A program made the position numbers and the translations under genes. From assembly GCA_002189035.1 (NCBI GenBank), contig NEEC01000021.1, positions 124,001-188,000 of the forward strand: 64,000 bases of DNA. The letters are read 5' to 3'. The notes beneath the pieces are model-generated. The model made no database searches, was not told the DNA's origin, and saw only the letters and a program-made list of their open reading frames with translations. The number at the start of each line of letters is the position of its first letter. The first letter of the stretch is position 1. This DNA is from Utricularia gibba. Taxonomy: Eukaryota > Plantae > Magnoliophyta. Below, piece after piece: positions 61,604-64,000 of this stretch.

Positions 61604-63500
61604 TGATAAGTGATTTTGTGTCACTTATATTTGTGGTTTTATAACTCTCTTAGATGAGTTTTGCATTCTTTTTATCCTACTTTCTTTATGTTTTTAGAAG
61701 AATTTTAAATCTTTCATACCATTTTGATCTTTTTGGAGGGAAAGTGTGTTTTGAGATTTTTCAGGACGAATTTGGAATAATTTGGAGGATTTTCGAGCTA
61801 CTTTGATGGAGGCTAAGATTTGGTCTATCCGGAGATGAAGACTCGGTCGAAGATTCTCGGATAAGATAAGATTTGCATCTTATCTTGGAAAACTTGGATC
61901 TCATCCTAGAAGATTTGTATCAAATCTTCAAAGATTCGGATAGAAGATTTGATGCGAGCCCATCAAGAAAGCCCAGCAAATCCCCACCATTATATAAAGA
62001 TCCAAACGCGAAGACCTAAGAGAGGTGGTGGACGACCAGAGAGTCAATCTAGGGTTTAGAGTCGAGTCTAGCATGTTTTGGATTCCTTTCCTTTCGTTTT
62101 TCATCAACTTTTATTGTTTTGAGTCACGCATGCGCGTGTGAGCACTTGCGGTTGAGGATCTGCTGTGAAGCTTTGCTTGCGCAAGTCCTGCACATGTGAC
62201 TGTCTTACTATATTTTTCAGCATTTAATATGAGGTCTGATTCTGTTTGTCGCAACGTTTTCTTCACCAACGTGATCTTTAGTACCATATAACCCTAAGGG
62301 AGTGTGGAAGAATCAAAGATTGGCCTCAAGCACCTAAGGAGAAGGGCTCAATCGGACATCATTGGTAAGACACATTCTGTCTAATTTGTCTGCGAGGTGT
62401 GAGTTGTAGGGGTTAGATTTGGGTGTGGGAAAACATGGGTTATCACAATAGGTGAAATGGGTCTGGTGGCATGGTTGATTCCATAATCCCACAAAACAAG
62501 GGACGGTGCTATAACGGTCACCGAGTAGCACTACTTTTGCATAACACCCCCAAAGCTTGCGCAATTAGGTCAGTTCTGAAGGTTTGCACACAAGCAAGGG
62601 CGAGTTTCAAGTAAGGTGGATCTTAGATCCAAGGCCACTTTTCTTATTGTCTTCAAAAACCAAATCTTTCTTTTGTTTCCAATCTTTTTAACTCTTTGTT
62701 TTGAAAAGAATATTCCAATAACAATTCCCTGTGGATACGATCTTATTTTATTACTTTGACGGTTTCTGTGCACTTGCAGAATCACCATCAAGTTTTTGGC
62801 GCCGTTGCCGGGGAATTGTATTCCTTTGGAATTTCTTTTCTGATTTCTTTTCTGATCATTTCTTATTTTTCTGTTATTTTCGAGACATTCTTTTTAGCGC
62901 ACTTGCGCAAGCAGTTGCTTTTAATCAGTCTTGCATGCACAGGCACAGGGCTTCAACCGAGCTGTACCCGCTGGACCTAGAAATTGACCAGACCTGTCGG
63001 AGAATCAGGTTCGAAAGTCGTCAAGCACAAACGCAACGCAGGGAAACCATGTCTAGAAGGCATTCTGGACATGAGGAGGACTATCTGGTGATGTCCGAAC
63101 CAGATAGCGAACAAGCACGGACGCCAAGACCCCAGCCAAACAGGGCAACTGTATCAGCCTTGCTGATAAATGAAGGAATAGGTATAGGCAGATCTGCTGC
63201 TGATCGTGCAGGGTCATATCGAAGGCGTAGCGATGGATCCGATCAAGAGCCTACACAAGAACGAACAGCAGCAAGATTGACACGTGAGGAGTCTTCAAAG
63301 ATTTGGATCCGATCAAGGCGTAGCGATGGATCTTGCTGAAAATCTTGGGGATGAAATCACTTGAGGAGTTTGATAAATTACCTGATCTAAGACCTTTTGT
63401 TGACAGAGGGAGTGTTGAATCTGATCCAGCTGAAAGTGGACTTGGTGGAGACAAAGCCGGAGAAGATGAACGTGAAGCAGAAATGGCTTAATATAAAGGG
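61604..63500 (+). mobile_element. Athila element 5' end: LTR (61604-62790), tRNA-Asp PBS, gag start; truncated
   Basis: LTR tgataagtgattttgtg...gcagaatcaccatca, PBS tggcgccgttgccgggg at 62797-62813, and gag N-terminus ELYPLDLEIDQTCRRIR at ~62960. No further gag-pol before AT-rich DNA. Confidence 0.88.
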
Positions 63501-64000
63501 AAAAAATATTTAATAGACCTTTAATTTTTTTTTGTTTGACACGTGTGGTAACGTGGAAGCTTGTTAAACATATTGTGTGTGACTTTGTAAAATGACTTTT
63601 CACTTTTTGAATGAATCGAGAAGTGTTGTGGTGTTTCTTAATCTTGAATGCTAGATTTAAGATAAATGAATGCTTCTATAACAAATCTTAACAATCAATG
63701 CATCTTCCCTTTTTTTTGAAACAATTACAGAAAAACTCTTTTTACGATATTGAGTGGAAGAAAAGGGATTAAAAAATGTAGGATATATAGAAGACAAAAC
63801 AATTTAAAAGTTGAGAATAGATATAGTTGAAATAATAAGGATATTATTATATTTTCATAAGTGATAAGTATTAAGAGTTAGTATTGAGTGTAAGAGCATA
63901 GTGCATTTCATATGTGCATTGAAAAAGAGGGTGTTTAGCATAGCTACTTATTTAAAAAACACCATAATTACTGATCATTTCTTCTTATTCATTGTGAAGC

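Noticed and set aside
62731-63339. 202-aa ORF as a host gene
   Set aside because: It starts inside the Athila LTR and runs through the PBS. Only the part from ~62933 is gag-like.

Overview
AT-rich plant (probably eudicot) nuclear DNA with no intact host gene. The window is a nested graveyard of transposable elements plus old plastid insertions (NUPTs). TE content: three Ty1/copia remnants, a truncated chromovirus-type gypsy, Athila-type elements, at least five solo LTRs (four with exact 5-bp TSDs), and three relatives of one PIF/Harbinger family. The NUPTs are finely scrambled pieces of ycf2, clpP, rrn16, rrn23, trnV-GAC, psbB, ndhH, psbA and IR spacer. A ~2 kb repeat family carrying a palindromic ~50-bp minisatellite occurs in three blocks. 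The best candidate for a novel system is the full-length PIF/Harbinger element at 54367-59853 (TIRs, TAA TSD). Besides the usual Myb/SANT ORF and DDE transposase, it carries a third, spliced, minus-strand gene (55872-57053). That gene has a clear NIF/FCP1-type phosphatase-like domain and upstream of it a probable Transposase_28-like domain. All homology calls were made by eye from remembered family motifs; no database search was run.
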